Assembly (NCBI GenBank): GCA_025594325.1
Contig: JANHCV010000002.1
Span: forward strand, 496,001 to 560,000
Reading direction: 5' to 3'
Source of the DNA: Blastocladiella emersonii ATCC 22665
Taxonomy: Eukaryota; Fungi; Blastocladiomycota
Length of the DNA: 64,000 bases
A program made the translations under genes and the position numbers. Shown in pieces: positions 22,369 to 31,802 of this stretch. The notes beneath the pieces were generated by a model. The model saw only the letters and a program-made list of their open reading frames with translations. It was not told the DNA's origin and did not search any database. The stretch's first letter is position 1; every line of letters starts with the position of its first letter.

Positions 22369-24240
22369 CTACCAACCGCGGTTACTCGGGATATGGTACA
22401 CGGGTGGTTCCGCAGGAGGCGCTGGTTCGGGCTCCTCGACCTCGGCCAATCGCATGCCTGTTGTCGTCGCGGGCAGCTGAATGGAGGCGACAACCTTGCC
22501 GGCTTCGTCCTTGGGCTCCGTTACGGCAGCGAGAGGGACAGCGACAGCGTGGCCAGGTTTCTCGCCGCTGCTCACGCGCGGAGGCATCACGGCACATGGA
22601 TACTCGTCGTCCCTGGCCTCGTCATCATCGCTGGAACCGTCAAAGTCGACCCCGCAGTCTTCCTCGCCACCATACGAGTAAGCGTACGAGTCGTCGATAG
22701 TCGCGGTCGCGTAGTCGTACACGTCGCGCGAGACCGGGCCGCCTCCGTGTAGGGACATGGCGCCGAACTGGTGGGCAAGCGGGCCAGCGCGGTGCAGGTG
22801 CCACTCGTCGATGCGGGCGCGCAGCGCCCGCAGCTCGTACGAAGAAAGGTCCGAGAAGCCCGCGCTCGGCCGCACGCCGCCCTCGTACGAGTAAATCTGG
22901 ACCGTCTTTCGGTTGACGGCCGAGATATAGCCCGCGAACCAGCGGATCTTGCGCGTCTCAAGCCGCCCGTTAACGACAATCGCCTGGTCCTTCCACAGGT
23001 GGTTCGGATGGACAAAGTGGTACATGACCGAAAGCATCGCGTCCCACGACGCAAGACCGCGCGCGACGCCGTCGCGCAACCACGCCTCGACCCGTTCCAC
23101 GTCCTGCGGCGTAATAGACTCGATGGCCGCGGGCGGCGCGGTTTTGGTCCCGATGAGAGCGCCAATCGACTTGGTGGGTGGGTTCGCCGCGGGAGGAAGC
23201 GCGGGAACCGGCGGCCGGCCCTCGACAAACATGCTGCGGAACGCCTCAAACGAGACGCGGACGACGGGCTTGACCGACTCGGCAGACGTGATGATTGAGG
23301 GGCAAGTATAGTTGGGCGCGATCACGTTGCGCTCGGCGTAGCGCGTCACAAGCTTTGGAAGAGTAGCAAAGAGTCGAAGCGAGGAATCCATGTCGTTCGG
23401 GTTATCAAGCAGGGCAGCGAGATCGGCATCAACCACGCCGCGGAAGTGCCGGGCAAGCCTGTCAAACGCAGCGCGCTCGGTATTGCGCCGCGCAAAAAGT
23501 GTCGTGCTAAGCGCGTAGCGGGCGTGAGCGTTGCCCGGGGGACAGGCATAGTCGCGCTGAGCAACAAAGTCGTCGGTCAACTCGTCGGCGAGAATGTTCA
23601 GGAACGCGTCCAGATCGCGCTCGACAGCCTCGAGAATAGCGGCACGCAAGTCGACACCAAGCTCGCGGTAGTACACCTCGGCGCCCTGCGGGTGGTTGAC
23701 GGCGCCGCCCTTCTTAGGTCGGTAGTACGTGGCGACAGCCTCCCGGACACGAAGGTCGGTAACGCCGTCGGGGTTGCGCAAGTACTGGCGGCGGTCGGAC
23801 ACGGCGCGGTACACCATGGCAGTCAATTGAGGCGACTCGAGCAGAAGCGCAAGCTCGCGGGTGCCGTGCAGCTCCTCGTAACGGATGAAGACGCGCGTCG
23901 CTTCGAGGTGGCACCGGCTCGACCCAGCATTGAGTTTGTGCAGCTTAGGCGTGACGTTCTTGCGGTAGAGGCTGCGGTGAAAGGCAAGACCCGGCAGCTT
24001 ATCGAAGCGGAAGAAATCGGAAGCCGGAAGCGTGTGCACGGTCATGGTCCCCGTGCCGGCGCACAAGTACTCGTTGGGAGCGGGGCCGACCTTGTCGCCG
24101 AGAAGTTCGGGCGGCGGGCCGAACACGCCGCCGACATCGGGCGGCGGGGACCGATGGCGATGGTAGCCGCCGCGGCGACCTCGGAAATTGCCTCGGCCGC
24201 CTCTCCATTGGAAGTGATTCATGGGTTCGTTGCGTTGCAT
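22369..24240 (-). CDS. Unknown family, B-type copy B2 (intronless)
   Basis: Intact ORF from ATG 24240 (MQRNEPMNHFQWRGGRG); collinear paralog of 1979..3763. Confidence 0.85.
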   Translation of the reverse strand: MQRNEPMNHFQWRGGRGNFRGRRGGYHRHRSPPPDVGGVFGPPPELLGDKVGPAPNEYLCAGTGTMTVHTLPASDFFRFDKLPGLAFHRSLYRKNVTPKLHKLNAGSSRCHLEATRVFIRYEELHGTRELALLLESPQLTAMVYRAVSDRRQYLRNPDGVTDLRVREAVATYYRPKKGGAVNHPQGAEVYYRELGVDLRAAILEAVERDLDAFLNILADELTDDFVAQRDYACPPGNAHARYALSTTLFARRNTERAAFDRLARHFRGVVDADLAALLDNPNDMDSSLRLFATLPKLVTRYAERNVIAPNYTCPSIITSAESVKPVVRVSFEAFRSMFVEGRPPVPALPPAANPPTKSIGALIGTKTAPPAAIESITPQDVERVEAWLRDGVARGLASWDAMLSVMYHFVHPNHLWKDQAIVVNGRLETRKIRWFAGYISAVNRKTVQIYSYEGGVRPSAGFSDLSSYELRALRARIDEWHLHRAGPLAHQFGAMSLHGGGPVSRDVYDYATATIDDSYAYSYGGEEDCGVDFDGSSDDDEARDDEYPCAVMPPRVSSGEKPGHAVAVPLAAVTEPKDEAGKVVASIQLPATTTGMRLAEVEEPEPAPPAEPPVYHIPSNRGW

Positions 24241-24320
24241 GGTAAGGGAGGGAGCTAGTGAGAGGGTGGATCGGTGACGGCGGGAGCGACGCTCAAAACG
24301 AGGCACGGCGGTGCGGCTTA

Positions 24321-24357
24321 CATCACCTGATTCTCACATGATTTCCTGTCGCGTCTC
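24321..24357 (-). promoter_or_regulatory. Conserved upstream block of B2 (GAGACGCG-N8-TCATGTGA...TCAGGTGA)
   Basis: Reverse complement matches 1814..1850. Confidence 0.7.
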
Positions 24358-24683
24358 CAATGTGTCAGCCGTCTCGCGCGTGTTTGCCCAGTTCTTGACC
24401 GAGAGTCGTGCAGTCAACCCCTACGACGTCAGCGAGTGCGGCTGAGCGAAAACCCACGCCGCTTAGCTGAGCCGTCGATGCGGAAGCGCGTCAGTCAGCG
24501 TTCTCACGGATACGGTGACGAGACAAAGGTGGAAGAGATACTGATGTATAAAATGGAGAAATTGCTCGCTCAAACTGAGGGCGAGGCACGAAACAAAACA
24601 AAGCCTCACACATGAGGCAACTTGACCTTGGAACGCGACGCGACGCACGCCGAGCATGCAGCCTGAATCAGAGAGCCCGAAGT

Positions 24684-26213
24684 CTAGGCCGAGTCGGCAT
24701 CGGCGAGGTTGGCGCCATGCAGCTTCATAGCCTCGAGCTTGCGCGCAAGCTCGCATTGGTGCGCGCGCCACTCGTCAATGCGAGAAACAAGCGCGTTCAT
24801 TAACTCGCGCGGATACTGCTTCGCCTTAAGGCTGACCCGGATCCCGTCTTCATACGAGTGAAACTTGATGTTTTCGCCGTTGAACCCGATCGGATCCACA
24901 AGCCAGCGCTGGGAGCAAGTGCCCGCGGAGCCCGCAACGTCGTTCGCAACCTGTTTCCACAGATACTCGGGCTTGATAAAATGCTGGAAGATCGAAAGCA
25001 TCGCATCCCACGATGCGAGCCCGTGTGCGACGTCGGCACGGAGCCAGTCCTCGACCTGCTGAACGTCGCGCGACTTGATGGCACCAAGAGCCAGGGGAGG
25101 CATACCCTTGTCTCCAAGCAGGTTGACAATCGAATAGACAGGGCAGCGCATCACAGGCGGGAGCTTGGGAACCGGGGGCGGGCCGTCAATGAAGAGGCCG
25201 CAGAGAGTTTCGAACGAAAGAGGAAAGTAAGCACAATGGTCTTTGATGGCGGGGATGAGTTTGGGATAGCCGTAGCCGGGCGGAAGAAGACCGACTTTGA
25301 TGTAGCGTTCAACTACCTCGGGAAGCACGGCAACGAGCTGCAGCGGATGCGGGTCGCTAGCTGCACTCGGGAGGCAAGACTTGATTCTCTGCATGACCTC
25401 GCCCATCGTATACTTGAAGTACATAAGCTTCATTATTTCGTCTGAATCGAGATCGAGCTCGCGAAACTTTTCAAAATCATTGAACGATTGAAATAACGTC
25501 GAAATGAGATCGGTGCCAGCATGGCGCCGGTAAAAGGGTGTGAGATCATCAGTGAGCTTGCGCAAGAACGGATTAAACGCATTCTCTGCGGTGAAGGAGA
25601 TGGCGCCACAGTAAACGGCAAGCACTTCGTTGTAAAAATTGTCCGAACCCTTGGGATGGAAGATGCGCTGGCCAGGCGCGGAATGGCGGTGCGCAGCGAT
25701 GGCCGCTCGAAGTCGCGGATCCGAGACCGCCTTGGGACCAATCTTCGAGACAGGGTCGAGGATTGCACGAAAGACGGCAGCGACGTTTGAGCGAGTCTCG
25801 AGAAGCGTAGCAAGAGCGTGAACGCCGTGAAGGCGCTCGAAGTGACGAAAAACGCTGGCCGCTTCGGCTTCAAGCTGCTGCGCGCCGTCGGTAAGCTTGT
25901 TGAGGACCTCGACAATTTCCTCGCGCGTCTTGTAGCGGGCATTGATTCCGGGGAGCACGGTGTCGCGGAAAAACTCGTCGGCAGTAAGTTTGTGCGACTC
26001 GAGGCTCCCGCCGCCAGCAAAGCGATACTCGTCGGAAGTGGGTCGAACGTCGGTACCGACGGGCGAAGGCGGAGCATCCAGCGCTGGCTGGGCGTCATGT
26101 AAAGCAGCTGAGACATCGAGAGTCGGCGGCGAGTCGCGAGCCCCAGCGGAAGCACGCGAGTTCTTGGCCTTGCCGCGGCCGCGGCCACGTTTACCACGTT
26201 TCATTGGATTCAT
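24684..26213 (-). CDS. Unknown family, A-type copy A2 (intact, intronless)
   Basis: ORF from ATG 26213 (MNPMKRGKRGRGRGK); shares GLASWDAMLS...P..LW and ...IDEW motifs with A1, B1 and B2. Confidence 0.85.
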   Translation of the reverse strand: MNPMKRGKRGRGRGKAKNSRASAGARDSPPTLDVSAALHDAQPALDAPPSPVGTDVRPTSDEYRFAGGGSLESHKLTADEFFRDTVLPGINARYKTREEIVEVLNKLTDGAQQLEAEAASVFRHFERLHGVHALATLLETRSNVAAVFRAILDPVSKIGPKAVSDPRLRAAIAAHRHSAPGQRIFHPKGSDNFYNEVLAVYCGAISFTAENAFNPFLRKLTDDLTPFYRRHAGTDLISTLFQSFNDFEKFRELDLDSDEIMKLMYFKYTMGEVMQRIKSCLPSAASDPHPLQLVAVLPEVVERYIKVGLLPPGYGYPKLIPAIKDHCAYFPLSFETLCGLFIDGPPPVPKLPPVMRCPVYSIVNLLGDKGMPPLALGAIKSRDVQQVEDWLRADVAHGLASWDAMLSIFQHFIKPEYLWKQVANDVAGSAGTCSQRWLVDPIGFNGENIKFHSYEDGIRVSLKAKQYPRELMNALVSRIDEWRAHQCELARKLEAMKLHGANLADADSA

Positions 26214-26331
26214 GTTCGCTTGTTGCTCAGAGGAGACAGAGGCGGCGGGGACGAGTGAACTCGCGAGTGCAACGGTGAGCTGGACAGCCCCTGGACGCGA
26301 GAGTCTAAGCCGGGCGCGCCACACGCGGTTG

Positions 26332-26355
26332 TCACATGTTTTCTCGACGCGTCTC
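26332..26355 (-). promoter_or_regulatory. Composite element GAGACGCG-N8-ACATGTGA
   Basis: About 120 bp upstream of the A2 ATG, in the gene's orientation. Confidence 0.55.
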
Positions 26356-26628
26356 ACCTCGTTCTCACCTCGCGCAAGGCGATTCACGCCGAACTCGAAA
26401 TGCCGGTTGAGTTAAACACTACTGCGCCCGGACTTGTGCCCAAGTGTCTCCGCCTTCTTCAAAATGACCTTTCGATTGAAGCGTGAGGACCGCGCGTTCG
26501 CCTGATTTCACTGGTCAGTCCAGTCCCACTCGCTCACCGTTGTTGGGAAAGAACAAATGACATAGAACATGAATATTGCATTATTGAACAATAATACTAC
26601 GATCCACCAGACCCGTGCCCCGGCTGCG

Positions 26629-27495
26629 CTACCAATTGATGAAGAACCTCGAGGTCCAGTAACCATCAGTCCGAACGGTGGTCTCAACGCGATAGCGCAG
26701 TTTCCATCCTCCATCTTCGTGGCGCAAGTCCGGATACGAGCGCTTATCTACGATCTCGTCGTACTTGTCGCGTTCGTCCTCGTTGCAGAGAATCAAGTAC
26801 GCAAGCTCGGCAAACTCGGCGCTCTTGGCCGACTCCTCGTCCTTCGAACGAGCGAACGCGTCCCGTTGATCTTTGTAAGCAGCGAAAAGGAGGCGGCCTT
26901 GGCTGGAGACGCTTGGATCCACCTCAAGAAACTCGTACAAACACCTGATGTCTCGTTCTCCGCTGTTATAAAGTCCGGGCTTTCGAGAGGTCCGAGTGCG
27001 ACCAGTATAGCCGGTTGCAGTGTCGCGCGGCACGACCTTGCGGAACTTCATTTTGGCCGGGAGCGGCTTGTACGTCGACGTGGGAGCAGCGCTGCGACCA
27101 AAGGATCCGTACGATGAGGGCGAGCTGCTGCGGTCAGTTGACGACTGGGAGCCGTGCGTGACGGTGACGACCTCGCTTCGCGACAAGGACGACGGCAAAG
27201 AATACGCGCTATTCCCCGAGCGGCTGAACCGAGTCGTATTGGTGGAGGTGGAGTCGCTTCCCGCTCGACTAAACCGAAACGACGAATCTGTGGAGCTAGT
27301 GTAGCTTCCGGAGCGACTAAACCGAGCCGAGTCGGTGGAGCTGCTGTAGCTGGTTTGTGCCGGGAAACTTGAATTGATGGAGGAGCTCTCGACAGGGCAC
27401 ATTGGCTTGGGTCTCTCGGTCTCGGTGGACCGCGATGTGCACTGCCATAGCGCGAAGGCCACGCCGGCCAGAAGCAAGAGAACGACGAAATCCAT
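26629..27495 (-). CDS. Membrane-anchored protein with Ser-rich repeats and a degenerate J-like domain
   Basis: N-terminal hydrophobic segment (MDFVVLLLLAGVAFALW), three RFSRxG repeats, and LYEFLEVDPSVS...AAYK...AYLILCNEDERDKYD resembling a J-domain without HPD. Confidence 0.6.
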   Translation of the reverse strand: MDFVVLLLLAGVAFALWQCTSRSTETERPKPMCPVESSSINSSFPAQTSYSSSTDSARFSRSGSYTSSTDSSFRFSRAGSDSTSTNTTRFSRSGNSAYSLPSSLSRSEVVTVTHGSQSSTDRSSSPSSYGSFGRSAAPTSTYKPLPAKMKFRKVVPRDTATGYTGRTRTSRKPGLYNSGERDIRCLYEFLEVDPSVSSQGRLLFAAYKDQRDAFARSKDEESAKSAEFAELAYLILCNEDERDKYDEIVDKRSYPDLRHEDGGWKLRYRVETTVRTDGYWTSRFFINW

Positions 27496-28017
27496 GGTGT
27501 GCGGGCGGGTGCTTACTTTCCATGCTCGGGAACGATGGCGCTTTATTGCCTGACTTGCAATCCCCCGTCGAGTTGACTGGGACTCATCACCTTGGACAGA
27601 CAAAAGAAATTTGCGGGACAGTTTTTCTGGGATTCATTGAAGCCTTTTATTGACAAACCGTGGACAGACGTCCCGTTAATTGACAAGATGAGGACATACT
27701 CCTCTCTCGATCGTTAATATAAACGGGAAAGTCTTGGCGGCTGTATCTTTTGCGAACTCGACATTGATATGCTCGGTCCGCAGGCGCTCACGGAGCTCCA
27801 AATTGCCGCGAGACGCGTGATGAAATCAATTATATTCTTAAACGCCGTGGAAAATGAAGTGACTTGGCGCGTCGGACTCGCGGTCCATGGCCTCGCCTTT
27901 CGGCTCGGTTGGCATGAACGCCTCAACCGCGGACGTGGGAGCTCCGCGTTAAAACCCAGTTTGGCGCGTGTTAGTGGACTCGTCTTGGTTGCGAAACGAG
28001 GACTCGCTCGAGGGCGC

Positions 28018-28040
28018 GAGACGCGTCAAGCAATCACGTT
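28018..28040 (+). promoter_or_regulatory. Composite element GAGACGCG-N8-TCACGTT
   Basis: Same spacing, E-box with one mismatch; about 130 bp upstream of ATG 28173. Confidence 0.5.
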
Positions 28041-28172
28041 TCAGCATGTGAGCGGCGGGGCGATCAAAATTGCGGCTGTTTGGCGGGTTGCTCTCTCCAC
28101 CATCCCGCCGCCCATGTATCTCGCCGCGCCTCGGCAACCACTCTAGACTTGGCGCAACCAGTTTCTTGCACC

Positions 28173-31100
28173 ATGCTGGCCGTCTTCCGGGCGACGGTGC
28201 TCCGCTGTGCCCGACATGCAACCCGGCACCCTCCAGCAGCCTCGCCCCTGGCACTCCTTCGCCTCGACCCCTGCTCCATCATGAGCCTCCGCACCCTCTC
28301 TACCCGATCTCCTCCTATACCTGCGACAGCAACAACCGTCCCCGAGCTCGATGTGTCCCTCGCCGCCAAGTCGCCCTCCTCGCGGCCGCCAAGGCCGGCC
28401 CCCAAACCGATTCCCAGTCGCTTCCGCATTCTCCCTCCACCACCAAGGCTGGACGAGCTGAGCCAGATCAACGACTACCTCCGCTACATGCTCTCGCCCC
28501 GCCGACCGCTGTCGCCCGTGCTCCGCCTCGCCCGCATCGAGCACGCCTTCCCCGAACCACCGCCCGCGGGCGACCCGCCACCAGAGCACGGTGCATCACC
28601 TCGCCTTCTCGACGGCGTGTCGGGGTTGGAAGAGTTTGTCGATCCGCACGCCGACCCGGCACCTGCCTCGGTTGAGGAACCACCACGACCAGCGCGCCCG
28701 CCGCTCACGGCGACAGCGCGTGGCATCGTGCTTCGCGTCCTGTCGCACTGCGCGGCGCTCGAGCTCGCACCCGACGCCCAGCTGCTCTCGTCGCTCGCCC
28801 GGTGCGCGCAACTCGACCGCGACTGGAAGCTCGTCCTCGACCTCGTCGCCGCCATGGACCACATGCCGCTGGACGCGCGGATCCCGCTGTGGCGGCGGGC
28901 GCTACCCTACATTGCAGCCGATGCCCCGACGCTCGCCGTCGGCGCTGCGCAGGCCCACCTGCTGCCCGACGACGCGCCGCCACTCTTTGACGTGCTCGAC
29001 GATCACCGCGTCGCGTCCGCGCTCGTCGAGGCGACGCGGCACTCGGGCGAGGACGGAGTCGTCTTGCTCCAGCGGCTCGCCCAAGTCGCCCTCCACGCCG
29101 AGCGGCAAGGCGACCCCGGCTACGGCCTCCGCTGCGCGCTCGCCACCTTTATCGTCCGCAACCACAAGGGCGTCGACGCGGCGCTCATCGCGGCCGAGCG
29201 CGACGCCATCACGCGCGCTCCACTCGCAGCGGACCCGAAAACCGGCAGCGCCGACGAGCACACGGTCCAGCTCGTCCACGCCATGTGCGCGCGCGACATA
29301 CCCGCTGGTCTCGCCCTGCTCGAGTCCTCGCTGCAGTCGGATGCGCTGCTCGACGTCGCCGCGCGGTATCTCCTACGCGACCGCGGGCACCGCTCCATGG
29401 CAATCAAGATGTTCGCGTCGCAGCTCGGCCGCCCGCGCGCGCGTCCCTCGCTCGACACGTTCCGCTCCATTCTCGTTCACGCGCCGCGGCGGTACGCATG
29501 CGACCGCGTCTGGTACCGCCTGCATCGCGACCACGGGCTCGAGCTGACGCGCGACGCGGCGTTCGACCTCGCCCGGTGGGTCGCGCTCAACGCGCCGGTG
29601 CGGCTGGGCAGCCTCGTCCGCTACTACGAGCGGTGCCGCATCCAGCTGCACGAGACGCCGAGCCAGTGGCGCGCCTTCTTCCGCTCGCTGCGCGCGTCGC
29701 CCGACTGCGCCAAGGTCGACGCCAAGCTCGTGCTCGCACTGTACGAACTGCTCCCGCGCGCCGCAGACCCGGCCGACGTGCTGCCCACGCGCCGCGAGGT
29801 CGACGCCATGTTCCTCACGCACGTGTGCGCGCTCGGCGACGCCGACGCGGCCCGTGAACTCGCCCTCGGCCGCATTGCGCAGTACCCGATTGTCGCGGAC
29901 GGGATTCGCGGTGTCGCGGGGAACCTCCCGCCGACCCTCGCGTACGGCCTGCTGCGCCAGATCTGGGCCCGCGCACGCAACGTCGCCACGGTCGCTGATG
30001 ACGCGCCCGATATCGTCAAGCTCCTCGGCACCGCGCAGAAGCTCGCCGCGCGGGTCCGTCCCACTGACTGCGCGCGGTGGGCGCGACACCTCGACAGCTG
30101 GCTTCGCGTCCTTCCGCCCAACCACCCGGCCCGCGCGCGGTCCGATTCGTGGAGCGTCTCGGTGCGTGCGCTGGGCCGCGTCGGCGACCGCGACGCTCTC
30201 GCGTCCATTGTCAGCAACGCACCCGCACTCGCGCCCGGCGCCGAGTCCGAGGCGCACAACGAGCGGCTCGCGCACCTCGCCACCGCGTACGCGCGCACCT
30301 TGCAGCACGACGAGGCGCGGCGCGTGCTCGCCGGCATGGACCCCGACTCGGCCGCGACCAAACACGCGCGCGTCGCTGTCGCCGCCGCGTTCCTGCGCAC
30401 CGGTGCCCCCGTCGACCCGGCGCGACTCGCGGCCGAGATCAAGCCGGAGCCCGGGTGCATCGCGTCGATCAACGTACAGCTCGCCGCGCTGCGCAACGTC
30501 GGCGACTTTGCCGCGCTCCGTGCCATTGCCGACGCACTCGGCACCCCGCCCGACGCCGCGACGCTGACCATCATCCTCACGGCCGCCCTCCGCGCCGGAC
30601 TCGCCGACCGAGCGTTCGCATCATGGGCCGCCGACTACATCGAGGCTCACGCGCCGCGCGCGGGCCACCGGCACCACGCCCATTTGCTCATCGACTTGCT
30701 CGCGACGACCGCGCGCGACTGGCCGCGCGTCGCGCGTATCGTCGCCGCCATGGCCGCCGACCCGCCGCTCTTCAACGGGTCCCGCAACCGCGCGTCGCAC
30801 GCGAAACACGCGCGGCCGTCGGACGTCACGTTCCGCGGCGTCCACCGCGCGGCGGCGCAGCGGCTCGCCGCGTTGGGTGTCGTGGATCCCGACGAGGCTG
30901 CGGTGTTCGCTTCGGCCGCGCTGGCGCAAGGCGACGGCGACGTGGATTACGTCGCGTGGGCGGAGCCTGCAGCCACGGGCGTCGGGATGCGGATAGTGCC
31001 GAGCCGCGTCGTGGTCCCGCGCGGCGTCGATACCGCCGAGGCGCGCGCTATTCTCGAGTGCATCGAGCGCGTGCTTGAGGTCGAGGCCGCCGAGCGCAGG

Positions 31101-31187
31101 CGGCCGCGGCGGGTCCCGCTCGGCAGCGAGGCGGCGGCGGCGCTCGAGCGCAGGTGGGACGAAGAGTATGGAGTGGGCGGGGTGTAA
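28173..31187 (+). CDS. Large helical-repeat protein, probably mitochondrial and PPR-like
   Basis: Arg/Ala/Leu-rich presequence-like N-terminus; degenerate PPR-type segments (PSLDTFRSIL, PDAATLTIILTAALRAG, PSDVTFRGV). Confidence 0.55.
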   Translation: MLAVFRATVLRCARHATRHPPAASPLALLRLDPCSIMSLRTLSTRSPPIPATATTVPELDVSLAAKSPSSRPPRPAPKPIPSRFRILPPPPRLDELSQINDYLRYMLSPRRPLSPVLRLARIEHAFPEPPPAGDPPPEHGASPRLLDGVSGLEEFVDPHADPAPASVEEPPRPARPPLTATARGIVLRVLSHCAALELAPDAQLLSSLARCAQLDRDWKLVLDLVAAMDHMPLDARIPLWRRALPYIAADAPTLAVGAAQAHLLPDDAPPLFDVLDDHRVASALVEATRHSGEDGVVLLQRLAQVALHAERQGDPGYGLRCALATFIVRNHKGVDAALIAAERDAITRAPLAADPKTGSADEHTVQLVHAMCARDIPAGLALLESSLQSDALLDVAARYLLRDRGHRSMAIKMFASQLGRPRARPSLDTFRSILVHAPRRYACDRVWYRLHRDHGLELTRDAAFDLARWVALNAPVRLGSLVRYYERCRIQLHETPSQWRAFFRSLRASPDCAKVDAKLVLALYELLPRAADPADVLPTRREVDAMFLTHVCALGDADAARELALGRIAQYPIVADGIRGVAGNLPPTLAYGLLRQIWARARNVATVADDAPDIVKLLGTAQKLAARVRPTDCARWARHLDSWLRVLPPNHPARARSDSWSVSVRALGRVGDRDALASIVSNAPALAPGAESEAHNERLAHLATAYARTLQHDEARRVLAGMDPDSAATKHARVAVAAAFLRTGAPVDPARLAAEIKPEPGCIASINVQLAALRNVGDFAALRAIADALGTPPDAATLTIILTAALRAGLADRAFASWAADYIEAHAPRAGHRHHAHLLIDLLATTARDWPRVARIVAAMAADPPLFNGSRNRASHAKHARPSDVTFRGVHRAAAQRLAALGVVDPDEAAVFASAALAQGDGDVDYVAWAEPAATGVGMRIVPSRVVVPRGVDTAEARAILECIERVLEVEAAERRRPRRVPLGSEAAAALERRWDEEYGVGGV

Positions 31188-31802
31188 AATATACTGTCTG
31201 GTGTGGTCTTTGAGAATACGAGCGGATCACGGAGGAAGGAAAGAACGACTTAGGTGTCGGGGTGACTCCCGCAGGCGTGGCGACGCGCGCTTCAGCTCAG
31301 ATCAGGGGCCTTCTTCAAAGAATTGTTGTGGACACGAATCTAGAGGACAATGCGAACCGATGAAGAGTATGCAAGATATGAATCGGCCAAGAAGGTGAGG
31401 CCCCCGATCGCAATCAAGCGATAATGATGTCAGGTTGGATCAGTGACCGGATCAGAGCTGGAGCGGTGCGTTGCTCCTGCGTTGGCCTGCTTCTTGATAT
31501 CGTCAATCCAATTGTAATTTTGTTCACTTTCGGATTTGTTCGCCCCTCAGAAGCGTCGTGACGCGACCAAAAATTGGGAAGCGACGCGACCAAACCTGCG
31601 ACGCGACGCGTCGATCAATCACGTGTGCTGTGAGACAAGTTTGTCTCCGCGGCACTGCTCAGCAGGGAGCCCCCCTGCTGCTCAGCCATCCATCCACTCG
31701 CCATTCGCGCTGTCCTCACTCACAAGGGACGGGCAGGTGATTCGGATAATATACATTGTGCGAAAACGCGAACAAAAATCATCAAAACTGAGCTCACCAC
31801 GC

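Noticed and set aside
31420-31500. ATGATGT as a possible C/D snoRNA box C
   Set aside because: Imperfect box C with no properly placed CTGA box D or terminal stem.
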